This document shows positions 9,735-22,869 of a DNA stretch of 64,000 nt, one piece after another. Below the pieces are notes generated by a model, which worked only from the letters and a program-made list of their open reading frames with translations, was not told the DNA's origin and did not search any database. Each line of letters begins with the position of its first letter. Within the stretch, counting starts at the first letter, position 1. Both the position numbers and the translations under genes were made by a program. Source of the DNA: Vicugna vicugna (Eukaryota); NCBI GenBank assembly GCA_013265495.1, contig MU057989.1:1319513-1383512 (forward strand), given 5' to 3'.

Positions 9735-12700
9735 GTAAGGCAGTTTCATGGGAGCCCCCAGCCCCACGGAGGGTGGACGGTTCGGGAGCATGTTGGGGTT
9801 TACGCCTGGGGATCTTCATGAAGCCTCCAAGAGCACAGTGGAGAGAGGGGAGCTGTGGGCTAGGAACAGCCGAGGGCAGCCTCGCACAAGGAAAGCTGCC
9901 CTCCCTCTGTGCGCGCGCTGGTTGCCGAGGTTGGCGACTTCCGTGGTGCTTCCTGCCGGGTGGCAGCTGTGTGTCTTGGAGGGCTGCTCTCCCGAGTTCT
10001 ATCCTTGGTTCTGCCACTTGCCTTGTGACCTTGGGCACGTCCCTACACGGGAGCACCTTGTAACCACTAAAGGAGAAGATGGATTGAAAAGCTTAATGCA
10101 CTCCTGACCCAGAGAGCTTCACCAGGATTTGTGTCCTGTAAACAACAGTTACCGCAGCACTGAAAGACCAGACACGTGACCCAGGTCTGCCTGTTCACAG
10201 CAAGTCTAACTGAATTCCTAGGGCAGTGAACAGATACCATATTTACCCTGAGCTCAGACGTCATGAACCATCTGTAGAGTGTAGTTAAATGTTAGTGATT
10301 TGATACCAGAATGCCCGCAGGCAGATACTTTGGCCACGGGAACCTCAGCCACAGCCCTCCTCCCATGGGACGGGGGTGCTCTGCCGAGGTGGTGCTGTTC
10401 TCTGTCAGCTAGGCCTCCCCCTCAGGCCAGAATGGGCGCTGCCGAGGGTGAACTGGCTTCAGTTGCCCAAAGTGTTGCTTCCTTGGTGCCTTGTTTTGTT
10501 TTTGCCTGGATCCTGGATGGACCTCTCACCTTCTCAGAACTTGAATGGTATTAAACTAATATACAGTCATTCAGAGCAGGTGGTCAGAGCCGGGGGTCGA
10601 GGGCTTGGTCTTAGAGCCCCAGGGCAGGGGTCCCAGCAGCAGCAGCCTGAGCTCCTGTCAAGCCCAGGGGACCAAGTCCTCTGTGAAAAAGCAGCTGCCA
10701 CAGATCCTGTCTGCAGCCGACCAGGCACTAAGTGGGCACTTATTTTAGTGGTTTTGGTTCACAGGCTTGTCCAGTTAACGTCCCTTGAACTAAAAAGAAG
10801 TGGGAACAGTGGGAATAGTTACTCCACTTAACTCCGATCACGCACCTCTAGCTTCTCCTTCCTGAATCCCCAGTATTTCTGCAGTCACGGAGCATGTGAG
10901 ATTTGCTCTGTAGACAGCACGCAGCCACTGCCCTTGCCCCTTGTCCGTTTAGCGCACGCCTTCTCCCCTCATTCAGCCAGGATTTATTGGGAGGCTCCTG
11001 TGTGCCAGACACTTTGCCGGTTCTTTCTTTTAAAATTTTTATCGACATAATTTTGCCAAGTAAGCTTAACATTAATAAATGCATTGGATGCATTTCTGAA
11101 AAGTTGTTTATAAAGTGAAATGGGTGTGCCAGATTATTTTTTTCCACTCCTGTTGTCATTTCAGAATTGTATTCCAGTGGGAAATTTGGCTCCCAGACAT
11201 AATTCTTTAAATGACATTTAAGAATCTTAGCATTGGCTTCCAGGAATGCACTGCCAGTCAGTCTGTGGCCTGGGTGTGAGTAAGCCTCCTGCTGTGCTGT
11301 GAAGAGGTTACTTTTGCAGTCCACGTGTGCAGACACACCAGCACACAGGGTTCCCCTTTCCTGACAGCTTCTCTAAAAGTGGGTCCTATTTATATAGGTA
11401 GAGCCTGAATCTCTTTTCTTCAAATTATACTAGAAGCAGTTGCAATCAGTTGTCAGTGGTTCTTGGGCTAAAGTGTCACTTCTTAATAGCCTCTAAGTCC
11501 CCGTGAGTTAGACAGTCATTTTTAGAGACTGTCACTGCAGGTACAAACTGATTCCTGGGTGTCTTTGCTTTCATTCCGGGAAAGGGTACCTGGAAGGGAT
11601 TTGGAATAGTTACAGTAACGTAGGAGACTGACCTAAGGTTCTTGGTGGGTTTAGTACCCCTTGTTAATCTTTCTTCCCTTAAGCAGCTGCTAGAAACCTT
11701 AATGGCTGACCCTGGCTTCGTTCCCAGTCTGTGACACAGAAAGACCGAAGCGAGCTTGGGACTCTTAGCGCTCTCGGGGATGGGGCCCTCTGAGGTCACC
11801 ACGTGCCACGTGACCTTTTGGGTTCAGAGACACAGAGTGGCTCATTATGCGTGTTTCTGGATCATCTTTAGTTCTTACACGTACGACACACGAACGTACA
11901 TTTAGCTGTTGTGTAGGGAGCTGTTCCAGAGCTTGTTTTCTGGGGATCCCACCTGTGACCCGTCCCAGACAAGCTGATGGCACTGACTGTAGAGCTCCTT
12001 TAGTTTTGCAGGGCAGAGGCAAGAGAAAGATGAGGGCAAAGGCATGTTAGTAGAAGGAGAAGTGCTCTGCTGGCTCAGTCTGTGCGAGTAGGCGTCTCGG
12101 AGTCAGGCTGTGGGTGCTGCACCTCCACCTGTAGGGCGGGTCCAGTCCTCAGAAGTCAGCCTGGAGTCCTGTTGGCTTCAAACAGATGGTTTGTTCATAT
12201 GGTCATTGAGTATTTGCTGCATGCAAGAAATGATGCCCAGAGAGACAGGGTCCCTGCCCTCATCCAGCTTACAGTGTAAGGGGGGGAAGACAGGCAAACA
12301 TTGAGCCCCTAAATAAGTGCTAGACCTTGCTCGTAACACTGGGAGTTTGTAACTGGAGAAAACATTCTGGCCCAGAAAGGGTCCAGATTCACGGAATGAA
12401 CGTTATCTGGTTATTGTCCATCAAACACTTTGCCTGGGAATCCCTGCATGTAGCTGACCAGAAAGCGTCCCCTTTGAGTCCCCAGCGCTTTACAGAGCGC
12501 TGTTGGCTGAGTTTATTTGAATTCATTTTCCTTCTGAGGGATGGAAATGTAAACCCTGCTCTGGAAAGCCGTGGTCTGATAGAGGAGTCCTGTGGCCTCC
12601 GGTCTGACCTCTTTCTGTGGTTGGCTGAGCAGCCCCTCCCTCTGGTCACCTTCTGAAGGTGCGGACTGGACATTCAGTGCCCATGCGGCTGGAGAGACTT

Positions 12701-13006
12701 CCACAGGGGCATTTCCTGTTTGTTAGAAGTGCAGGAATCATGTACTGTCTGTACTCAGAGAAGCTTTGGAAGTAAAGTGCTCTTGTTTGTATCCTGTAAT
12801 GACACCAGAAGGCGCCCAAGTGCCGGGACGTCCTACAAGGACATGTCCCTCCCCTTCCCCCAGGCCAGTGTAGTTACAGACCTCATCATCCATGTGCAGA
12901 GGCTCACAGTTCATCCCTGACTTTTGGTTCAGTCCTTAAATCCTTTGATGTCCCTGTCAGTAAGCCTTATTCCTGAAGGAGCTTCCTGAATTTTCTAACT
13001 TAAAAT

Positions 13007-13105
13007 GGGGAGGGGGGCCAGTACTAGCTCTGGTAGAGCGCATGCTTAGCATATCCAAGGTCCTGGGTTCAATCCCCAGTACCTCCATTTAAAAAAATAA
13101 AAAGA
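13007..13105 (+). mobile_element. tRNA-Ala-derived SINE (vic-1-like)
   Basis: TAGCTCTGGTAGAGCGCATGCTTAGCAT...GGTCCTGGGTTCAATCCCCAGTACCTCC + A-rich tail. Confidence 0.85.
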
Positions 13106-13274
13106 GATAAGAACATGTTCTTGGTGGCAGGGAGTGAGAATTTCTGGGTGTGTCTGTGCTTTGCTGTTTTGTTTTTTTGTGTGTGAATCATTAACCAGCT
13201 AACCAGTGCTTATGCTGGCTCTCCCAGACTTTGGCCTCTGTGGCTCAAATACTGTTTTTGTGTCTCGTGACTAA

Positions 13275-13500
13275 TAGTTAAGAGCTTGGGTTCTTCTGTC
13301 AGATGATTCAAGTCCCAGCTCTGCCATTATTAGCTATAACGCCTTAGGCGAATTTCTTCACTTCTCTGAGCCTCAGTTTCTTCACCTGTAAATTGGGGAT
13401 AGTAGCATCTACCTCATAGGGTTCTTACATGATTAAGTGAGATCATGAAGATTGTGTTTGACATGGTACCTGGCATATGTTAAAAGCTCCATCAGTGGTA
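13275..13500 (+). mobile_element. MIR SINE
   Basis: Core CTCTGAGCCTCAGTTTCTTCACCTGTAAATTGGGGATA..ACCTCATAGGGTT. Other MIR remnants at ~14480-14650, 23490-23640, 38440-38650, 46650-47050, 50790-50975. Confidence 0.8.
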
Positions 13501-14984
13501 ACTCATAGTGTGACACACATACAGACACAAAGATTTGCTGTTCCCTTACCAAGGACATAGCAAAATTCAGTTCTCTTACCCTCTCTTGTCCCAGGAGGCC
13601 CAGGAGCAATGGGAAGTTCCTGGTTTGTGGATTCCTTTGTGTTAGTCCTTTTATTGTTACTTAAGCCTTCATGCAAGAAAAGCGGGCTTGAAGGACTGAG
13701 AGAGGTCACACCTGGTCTTGTAACCTGCGGCCATGGACGCCTCTCGCAGGGGCCTGCCACAGTGTGCAGTGCCCAGATCCTCACCTGGGGAGCCCTGGGA
13801 ATCAGTGTCTTCTGGTCACTTAGGCTTTCTTGAATGCTCAGACCTCTGTTAGCACATCCTTGTTTGGGTCCACTGCTATCTCTCTGAGGATGTTCTTGAG
13901 TTTGGAGAGCATGCCAGGTCCAGAGGACTGCCCAGGGGACTGCATCCAGGACAACCACTCCCCGGCCCTGCTGGGGGCCTGCTGCCCAGAGCTTTGAGCC
14001 TCTCCCTGATGAAGGCATCTTAGACTGAGATCTTGGGGTTGTGACCATTTTGTACCCTGTTACACACTGCATTTGGTATACATCTCCTAGCACTTTAAAC
14101 TGCGCTAATTCTCCTGGCACAATTAAAAATATTGAGTACAGTTTGTAAACCAACTCAAAAAGTTGGCCCTCCCTGCCTCATTTTTGGCAGGTCTTTAAAG
14201 TGATGCGTTTGTGCAGCAGAGGTGCCCTCAGCGGGCCCTCAGGAAACAGCAGGAGCAGCTTCCTTTATCTGGAGCATTTGGGGTTCGATGCCACAGGTGA
14301 GGAGGGCTTGCCCACTGACACACAGGGTCCTCTGTTGCCATCGTCATCGGACATGACACGTGCATGTGTCCTGGGACTACCCGGGTGTCCCTGAGACTGT
14401 TTGTACACAAAGCCTGGGTGTGGAAGCCGGTCAGTGGTCTTGGCATGTGTCTTTGCCTTCTCAGAGTCGGTGGCGTGGTGGGTGACAGCCTGGGCTTTTG
14501 AGTCCGATTGCTTGAATCTGAACTCAGGTCTCCCTCCTGCTTACTGGCTCTGTGACCTTGGGTCACCTCCTAACCCCTCTGTGTCTGTTTTGGTGTTTTC
14601 CTCTGTGACATTTACCTGTAAGTTTATCCTAAGGATTGAATGAGCTAATGTGGAAGCCGTGTGGCCTAGCCTGGAAGGCATCTGGCCCTGGGCTCTACCT
14701 CTGTTACAGTTGTTGAGGCAGAGACAACTGGTGGTTGTCCCTTTATGTTTCTTGTTTCCCTCTTGTCAGCCAGTGACTCGAGGAGCAGTTGGGATGCACT
14801 GAAGTGCTGAGTCATCTGACGGGAGAGGCAGCCCTGGTCCACCCCGGCAGGGCCCCCACTCCTCTTGGAGTGGCTCTTGGTGACTCCTTGAGTGGCAAGC
14901 CCCTGGGTGGCCAGGCAGGGCCTGGGATGTGATGCGTTGAGCTGTGCGCCCTTGACCCCAGTTCTCTCTGCTGTTTGTGCCCAG

Positions 14985-15088
14985 GTGGCAGCACCATGGA
15001 TAGCTCCGCAGGAGGCAAGGCTAGGCCTGAGGCTGGGGAGGACAAGGAGGGATTCCTTTCCAAACTTAAGAAAATGTTTACCTCTTGA
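14985..15088 (+). CDS. DNAJA3: DNAJA3 alternative exon encoding the Tid1-L C-terminus (exon continues as UTR to 15101)
   Basis: gcccag|GT GGC AGC ACC ATG...: (G)GSTMDSSAGGKARPEAGEDKEGFLSKLKKMFTS-TGA (15086-15088); donor GAG|GTAGGA after 15101; matches the known 33-aa Tid1-L tail. Confidence 0.95.
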
Positions 15089-15750
15089 TATCCCAGCTGA
15101 GGTAGGAAAACCCCTGAGGTTTCTCCCCCTTTTGTTTCTCTCCTTGTACTAACCTCTGTTTCCCTCACTTTAACCAGTGTCATGTCCCCCACCCCCAGAG
15201 TTGAAGAGGGACTAGTCTCAGGCATGGTGTGCCTGGCCCCCATCAGAGCCAAGCCTCTCAGCCCGTGGGGACATCTGCATTAGGGTAACAGTCAGCTGGT
15301 GGTAAAGGGCTGAGCCACACTGCAGCAGCCAGCTTCTGCTGGGCCCACTTCCTGGAGACATTGCACTGGGCGGCTGCCTCACAGCCTTCCTCCTGCCACT
15401 CCTGGGGGCTCTGTATCTCATAGTGGTGGGAACCAGGTTGCCCACAGTCACAGAGGGCAAGTCATAGCAGAGCCAGGCCTAGAACTCAGATCTCCCCAAC
15501 CCCTGCCTGTTTCATAGTGCCCTGTCCTGCAGGGGAAGCTTGGGGCTTCCTAAACCTTGGTTAGGGGTGGGGGTGGGGGCTGCTGGGAGTCCTGCTTGCT
15601 CACTGTGGTGTCTCAGGACTCTTTACTTGTGCTGGTCCCTGGTAGCTGGAGCTCCTGGTGTAGCTCCTTGCCAGGGATGACAGAAACTCACCAACAGTGT
15701 GTGTTATCTTTCGATGCCAGAGAAATGTAACTGTTTATGTCTTGGCTCAG

Positions 15751-15773
15751 GAAAACGGTCCACTGGAAACTAG
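15751..15773 (+). CDS. DNAJA3: DNAJA3 terminal exon, coding part for the Tid1-S C-terminus KRSTGN
   Basis: ggctcag|GA AAA CGG TCC ACT GGA AAC TAG = (G)KRSTGN*, the known Tid1-S tail, in frame when spliced from 9734. Confidence 0.95.
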
Positions 15774-16975
15774 GCCGGGAGCAACAGTCCCTCCTTGTGG
15801 CCAGGGCACCTAGGACACAGGAGGATCCTACACGGCAGCACCGAGCCCTGCCTGCAGAGGCCCTCTGGACCGCCTTGGCAACAGCAAAATCATGTAACAA
15901 CTCACCTCTCCGTGGAATGGTCACAGTGGACAGCCCCTGGGCAGTAAGGCATGGCATGCCTAAGGGCTGGTAGTTTCCTGTCCACAAGTAGGTACTTGGC
16001 TCCTTCTGGCACAGGGAGAGTCATGGCTGGACACTTCTTGCAGAGCTAAAACTGATTTGGAATCGAATGTGGTGGAGATCTTAGTTAAAGAATTAAAGGC
16101 CATGCTTACAGCTTAAAAATGAAGCCTTAAGCTGCACCAAGTTGTGAAGTGATTAATTTCCCTCTCAGCAAACCTCTGGGAGGTTCCAAAATGAGTCTTT
16201 ACTGTCAGGCTGTCTTTTTCAGGAACCTGGGACATGCACACCCCACCAGTGTCCTCTGTCCCTCAGCAGGGGCGTCCCCTACTCTTCTTGGAGTTTGTTT
16301 TAATTCCAAAAGGTACCAAGCAGCTGGAACATTGGAGCCTTGGGACCCCAGGGTGATACATGTAAAGAGGGTCCCTGGAGACGCCACTCTTGAGCACATG
16401 AGCTGTGATCTCTGTCAGGACGGACAGTCCTTCCTCCCACCCGATGTGGAGCGGCCTCTTGTCCCTCAACTGTTGAGTTCTGTTGTTCTAAGCCAGGTGT
16501 GAGTGGAGCTCCGGCCCTTCTGCTGGACCACAGCCAGCATGTCCTGGGGCCGACTAATGGCCTCCCCCTGCTCCGCTGCCTGCCAGGGGCTTGGTTCTCA
16601 CCACTCACACTGCTGACCTCTGTTTGCAGAAGTGTGTTTAAATTATTCAGTGCTAAGAATCATCGTCTTTTCCTGTATAAATGTTTGTTCAAAAGAAAGC
16701 GTAGTCTCAGCAGTTGGAGGTCCTCCACCATCCACCCAGAGCAAAGCAGTGTCCCCAGCCTTGGCTTGGAGGCTGTGAGGGTTCCGTTGTGTTTCCAGAT
16801 CCTCCCGCTGTGGTAAGACAGGCTAATGGAGAACACTTCTGGTTAGTTTCTTTTTTGTTTTCTTTCATAATTTACTAAAATAAAGCATCTACTAGTGTCT
16901 GATCTAAGAATGTAAAATGATTCTGTATCAATGTAAATAAGATTATCTACCGCAAAAAGATATTTAAAACCTAAA
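15774..16975 (+). other. DNAJA3: DNAJA3 3' UTR (end approximate)
   Basis: Follows the Tid1-S stop; AT-rich end with AATAAA at 16879-16884; cleavage site not determinable. Confidence 0.7.
16879..16884 (+). terminator. DNAJA3: Polyadenylation signal of DNAJA3
   Basis: AATAAA after a U-rich stretch ~1.1 kb downstream of the last acceptor. Confidence 0.7.
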
Positions 16976-18759
16976 TTGTGGTCATTTCTTCTTCGGAAGG
17001 GTTCACACAGCTTTGTGCAGGTGGTCTAGCAGCGGGTTACTGGTGTTCGCCCACCTATCAGGCTGCCCCACGTTGCTCCTGGCCTTCCTGGGGCCGGCTG
17101 GAGGTGGCTGTCCTCGTCCTCGGCGTCATGCCCATCCAGCACACAGGCACGCTGAGGGGTATCCTGTAGGCTCTGACAGGCGCTGACCCTCTCCAGTGCA
17201 GATCCCAGAGCTGGGAGCTTGCCCTGACACTACGTGCTGATCTGAACCGATGTTCCAGGGTTCAGCGTGTAGCCTTTTCTTTGGGAGCCCAAGCCGAGAG
17301 AGATATGCGGTGTGGCGTTTAGGTCCCTACACATCACTGTCTTCCTCAGTAGATTTTTTTTTCCTCCATTATTTTCAGAGGAATATTAAGGTATTTTTGT
17401 GTTAAAGTTTTAGTCCGGGCTCCCAGCAGAGAAGACTGTGTCCCGAAAGCCCCAATTCTGCCATGGCTGGAGTGGGCCTCGGGCACAGAGCTCCACCCAC
17501 CCCAGGGCTCTAGGCTGAGCAGGTTGAGGTGTGAGGGCACTTGCTGGGTTGGGTAAAGAGCTTGGGAAAGACCTGATGGGCAATAAGGGGGCTCAGTCAC
17601 TTCCTCCCAATTTCCATACTTTTCCTTCATTGAACAGAAGCTTATTGAGCACCTGCGTACTCACCCAGCGCGATCCTAGAACCCGGGCTGTGGCTGTGGG
17701 AAGCTAGATGGTGTCTCTCGTGACAGCCTGAGTTTTCTTACTGGAGAAGTCAACTGAAGTCCCACTCATGGCCTGTTTATTGAAAGCAGACGTCTAGAGG
17801 AGGACTTTCAAAGAGAAAAATAGATTTTCTTTCTAGCCAGACACCTTCATTGCTGTTCTGGGGTGTCGTTCCCTCGGATGGTCAGAAGGTGGCAGCACAA
17901 CATCTGTAGAACCCACATTCCACATGAGGCCAGGATTGGATTTGGTTTATTTCCACAGCTGGCTCTGAGGCATTTGTCCCCAGACAACTTTGCAGCCTCT
18001 GAGTTGGGGCCGGAGCATGAGATGAAGCATTTACAAATACAGAGAACTATCTCTCCCTGAGCCTTTGGGGACTGAGAGGAGGGGGAAAGGTAGATGGTGT
18101 TCAGCATTTGCTGAAATGTCAGGAGGGTAGACAAGACACAGTCATACACGGATGAGGCAGACATGCATAGGACCACAGCTCCATCCCCACCTGCAGGCTC
18201 TGACTTGTTTCTGACCTGATCCATTCTCCCCATTCCACTCTCTCTCCTCCTCAGGCCTTTGGGTTCTGGTGGACTGGAGCTTCCTTCCCTGTCATGAAAA
18301 CCCCTCTTGAAGTATCCTGTCCAGTCCCCCAGCATCCAGGGACTGCCCCACCCTTTGCTTTGTTCTGCAACCCTGGAGCCTGGCTGTGAAAATGAATGTT
18401 ATGAGCAGTCATGACTATTGCAGAAGGCATGTTTACACTCTGTTAATAAACACCATGAAACCTGCACTTGTATATTTTTTAACCAGAAGTTCTGCTTATT
18501 TGGCATGATCCTCATGAAAGGTTGCAAACGGGCCAGCTAGGAAATAGACATAAAAAAGTGAAGTGGGACCTGACCTGCAGCCTCCGTGCCTGTCAGTGGG
18601 GAGTGGTGGAGACTGACTGCCCTGTCTAAGGGGACAGCCACTCCTCAGCTCCACCCAAGGGGACTATGCAGGAATTCAGACCCAGTGCTGCCAGATCTGG
18701 GGCTTCCCAAGAGAGGCTGAGCATCCAGATTTTGATGTGGAGATTTCAATTTTACCTCA

Positions 18760-19225
18760 TTTTTCCAGTTACAACTTGATATAATTCACATACTGTGTGG
18801 CTCACCCATTTAGTGTGCAGTTTAGTACTTTTTAGCTCAACGTTGTGCAACCATCACAATTTCGGGATGTTTCATCACCCCCAAAAGAAGCCCCATGCCC
18901 ACGGGCAGGTATTTCCCATTTCTCCCGAGCCCTCCAGTCTCTGGCAACCATGAATCTATTTCTCTGGGTTTGCATATTCTGCACATTGTACGTAAATGGA
19001 ATCATACAATATCTGGTCTTTTTGGTTCTTCCTGGTTTCTTTAATTTACATAATAGTTCAAGGTTCATTCATGATGTAGCTAAGTCAGTACTTCATTTCT
19101 TTTTATGGCTGAATAAATTTCATTATATGGATAGGCCACTTTTTTTTTCATTTATTGCCTGATAGACATTTGGGTTATTTCCACTTTTTGGCAATTGTTA
19201 ATAATGCTGCTATGTACATTGTAAA
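18760..19225 (-). mobile_element. L1M (L1MB-like) fragment
   Basis: GTTGTGCAACCATCAC..TTTCATCACCCCCAAAAGAA..GGAATCATACAATAT..TCAAGGTTCATTCATG pattern. Confidence 0.75.
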
Positions 19226-19303
19226 CTGACTAATGTTCAATTAAGCACACACACAAAAAGACACCTATAGAAAAAATAATGCTATTATGAATGTCATATT
19301 TTA

Positions 19304-19428
19304 CTTTTTTTTTGGAGGGGGCAGTAATTAGGTTTATTTATTAATGGCAGTACTGGAGATTGAACCCAGGACCTTGTGCATGCTGAGCATGTGCTCTACC
19401 ACTGAGCTGTATCCTCCCGCCCCCTTAT
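19304..19428 (-). mobile_element. tRNA-Ala-derived SINE (vic-1-like)
   Basis: Family core; TSD TGTCAYATTTTA on both sides. Confidence 0.85.
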
Positions 19429-19617
19429 TGTCACATTTTAGAATGTTGACTGCTACTTATATGAGGTACTTGGAGTAGTCAAACTCAGAAAGTAGAATGG
19501 TGGGTGCCAGGGGAAGGGGAAATGGGGATTTGGTGTTTAATGGGGACAGAGTTTCCATTTGGGATGATAAAGTTCTGAGGTTGGATGGTGGTGATGGCTG
19601 CCCAACAACATGTATAC

Positions 19618-20052
19618 TTTCTTTAAATTGAAGTATGGTAGGTTTACAATGTGTTAATTTCTGGTGTACAACATAGTGATTCAGCTACACACACATACAT
19701 AGTCCCCTTCACATTCTCCCTCATTACAGGTCATTACAGGGCATTGAATACAATTCCCTGAGCTACACAGTAGGACCTTGCCATTTATCCATTTTACATA
19801 TAGTAGTTAGTATCTGCAAGTCCCAAACTCCCAACTTATCCCCCGCTTCCTTTCCCTCCTGGTAACCATAAGTTTGTTTTCTATGTGAATCTGTTTATAT
19901 TCTGAAATTAAGTTCATTTGTGTCATTTTTTTAGATTCCACATAAAAGTGGTATCATATGGTATTTCTTTCTCTTTCTCTTACTTTCTCCAGGTCCATCC
20001 ATGTTGCTGCAAATGGCATTATTTTATTCTTTTTTATGGCCGAGTAATATTC
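19618..20052 (-). mobile_element. Lineage-specific L1 3' end nested in an older + strand L1M remnant (19440-20115)
   Basis: ATTGAAGTA..GTTTACAATGTGTTAATTTCTGGTGTACA...CCATCCATGTTGCTGCAAATGGC; the older element resumes on both sides. Confidence 0.8.
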
Positions 20053-21555
20053 CAACAATGTGTAAATGCCACTCAACTGTACACTTAAAAATAATTAAAA
20101 TGGTAAATTTTATGTTACATATACATATACATAGTTAAGAAATAAAATAAGAAAATAAAAAATAAATGTTGGCAGCTAACTATAATGTATTTCAGGGACC
20201 AAATTTCAGAAGATCCAGGCACACATGGTGTGCCTCCAGTTGAGACTTGTGCTGGGAACAGCTCAGCCCGCAGGTTGATGTGGTGGTGCAGCGCCAGACT
20301 CCCCAGCGCTCCGCGTGGTGTGACGCACACGTGCTTTTTCCTGCAGTGACACACAGCCGGGGCAGGAGCCCCCGGGCCAGGCCGAACACTTTGATTTGGC
20401 ATCCAGGGTATGGGAAGGGCCTTGTTAACCAGCCTCATTTGGTTATTGCCAAGAGACATGGGAAATGGGTGAACATGAATGTCTCTTACGGGTCAAGTGG
20501 TTTAACATACTAGGATTGTTATTTTTTAATAGGCTTTGTTTTTTGGAGCACTTTCTAGATTTCACAGTGAAATTGTGAGGAAGGTGCAGAGAGTTCCTGA
20601 ACACCCTCTGCCCCTGCGCACACACAGCCTCTTCTGTTATCAGCAGCCGCCAGAGAGTTGCACGTTTGTTAGAACTGAGAACCTGCGTGGACACATCATC
20701 ACCAGAAGTCCATAGTTAAATTAGGCTCCCTCTTGGTGGTGTGCAGTCTGTGGATTTGGACAAGTGTGATGACACGTCCACAGCTACGGTATCACAGAGA
20801 CGCGTTTCATGGCCTCGGGTTTGGTTTTCCTGTGCAGTGCGGGTAGTTCTCAGCACCGGAGCATCCTGAATTGTTGTGCACGGTTTTACCAACTTCACTA
20901 GACTTGAGCCCTGGGTGGGGGGGGACCAGTGGGGGCCACCCTTTGAGAGGGATGGGAACAGACAGAGGGGTGCTGGAGGCTAGCAGGTTTGACCACGGGT
21001 GGCAGACAAGAGGGAGAAGGTGGCCCAGGGGAGTCAGACACCACTTGGCACACACGACCTCACGTTGCCCTCACAACAGCCCTGCCAGGTGGCACCGGGT
21101 GAGCAGACAGACCTGTAAGGCTCAGCGACATGCCCAGGTCCTGAGCCTGTGGGTGAGGAGTGGCTGGAACCCGGTGTCAGCTCCTGCAGTTCACTCTGGG
21201 CCTGGCACAGCGGGCTCTCCCCGGGCTTGGTGCCCGGGGGCCACTCCAGGATCTCGGCACAGTAAGTCCCAGCCCTGGCCGGGCAGGTGTTTCCCACCCT
21301 GGGCACCTGGGGGACTTAGGCCTCACAGCGCTGGCACAGGTGACCTCTCGTGTTCTCTCGCTGATACGCGAGTGGCTCAGAAGTCTCTTCCCTCCTACCT
21401 TGCCTGGGAGGCTCATTGCTCTCCTCTCAGAACTCAGGCTGTCCCCGTCCCTCCAGTGTTCATCGCTCCTGCTCTCTGCAGCCCTGTGTCAATCTGCTGC
21501 ATATTTATATCTGGCTCTTGTGCTAAACCAAACTCCTCAACGCAGGGCGCATAAT

Positions 21556-22070
21556 TTTTAAAAAAATTGAAGTATAATTGACGTACCATATAACATAAGT
21601 TATAAATATATAACGTAGGATTCATAATTTTTAAAGATTATATTCCATTTATAGTTACTACAAAAGAGTGGCTATATTTCCTGTTGTGTAATATATTCTT
21701 ATAGCTTATTTAATTTTTACATAATAGTTTGTACTTCTTACTCCCCTCCTCCTACCTTGCCCCTCCCCCTTCCCTCCCGCCCCTAGTAATCACTAGTTTG
21801 TTCTCTAAATCTGAGTTCCTTTGCTTTGCAAAAGCTTTCATGTTTAATTAGGTCCCATTTGTGGGTTTTGTGTTTTTTTTTTTCAGTTTCCTTTGCTTTA
21901 GGAGACAGATCCAAAAAAATACTGCTATGATTTGCAGCAAAGACTTCTGCCTATGTTTTCTTCTTCTAGTTTTATGGTTTCAGTGTTAACATTTAGGTCT
22001 TTAATCCATTTTGAGTTTAGTTTTTATACGGTGTTAGAGAATCTTCTGATTTCATTGTTTTACGCAACTT
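21556..22070 (-). mobile_element. L1 fragments
   Basis: ATTGAAGTATAATTGAC end motif; GCAAAAGCTTT..TTTAATTAGGTCCCATTTG..TTTAGGTCTTTAATCCATTTTGAGTT (antisense ORF2-type). Confidence 0.75.
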
Positions 22071-22863
22071 TTTTGGTAATGTTGTATTTAGGGTCCAGCA
22101 CACTGGTAAGTTGTCAAAGAAGTGCCTTTTCCACAGATCAGTTTAAAGAGTGAGCGGATCAAACAAACTTGGTGGCATTGCTTCCAGTGACTCTGCGGGT
22201 CCTGAGGCCAAGGTGGGGCAGTAGAGGTGCCTCGGTGGACGTTACACAAGCCCACGGAGACACCGGTAAGCCTGCGCAGCTGTGTTCTCTGGGCCCTAAT
22301 TCCTCTTCTCTGAAGTGAGCAGGAGACTGACGGAAGATTGAACCAGCCCCACCATCCCAGTGTCTGGGGGACTCTACCCTCCAAGGCAGGGTTGGGTCCT
22401 TACTTCCCTGGTTTCCCTCCCCAGCCTTTGCGGCAGGAGTGTCACCTTTTCTCAGCCGTGTCCAATTCTTGTGACCCTGGGGTCCACAGATCTGCCACGT
22501 TCCTTCAAGCCTTTCTTTCCAGCCTGTTTTGGAGACCACCCACATCTCAGGGCTGCTGTACCCTAGGGTCCAGGAAGTGGCTGAATAGAGAGAAAGGGAG
22601 AAGGGGCCAGTCTTTCCACCTAAAAACTCAAAGAAGGAACACACAGGTGGCCGCACTTGCCTGCTGGAGAGGAAGCATGTGTGTGCAGGGATGTGAAAAG
22701 TTGTCACTCCTGACTGGTGTGGGGAGTCCTCTCTGGGTCCCCCACCACTTGACGCTTCCTGCTGGAATGGTCATGTCCTTGGTGCCCCAGCAGCTGCCAC
22801 CCCAACCTCAGTCCCTGAAACAAAGCACTTTTCTTCCAGTAGCCATCTGTGAGAACAATGGCC

Positions 22864-22869
22864 TTTATT
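22864..22869 (-). terminator. NMRAL1: Polyadenylation signal of NMRAL1
   Basis: TTTATT on + (AATAAA on -), ~87 nt past the stop codon. Confidence 0.75.

Noticed and set aside
11386..11399. Near-palindrome CCTATTTATATAGG resembling a CArG/MEF2 site
   Set aside because: Spacing is CC-W10-GG, not CC-W6-GG, and the MEF2 match is imperfect.
13503..14153. 216-aa minus-strand ORF in a DNAJA3 intron
   Set aside because: Non-ATG start and no recognisable homology.
20871..21554. 227-aa intergenic ORF
   Set aside because: TTG start, low-complexity Pro/Gly/Arg composition expected from GC-rich sequence, no splice or promoter support.
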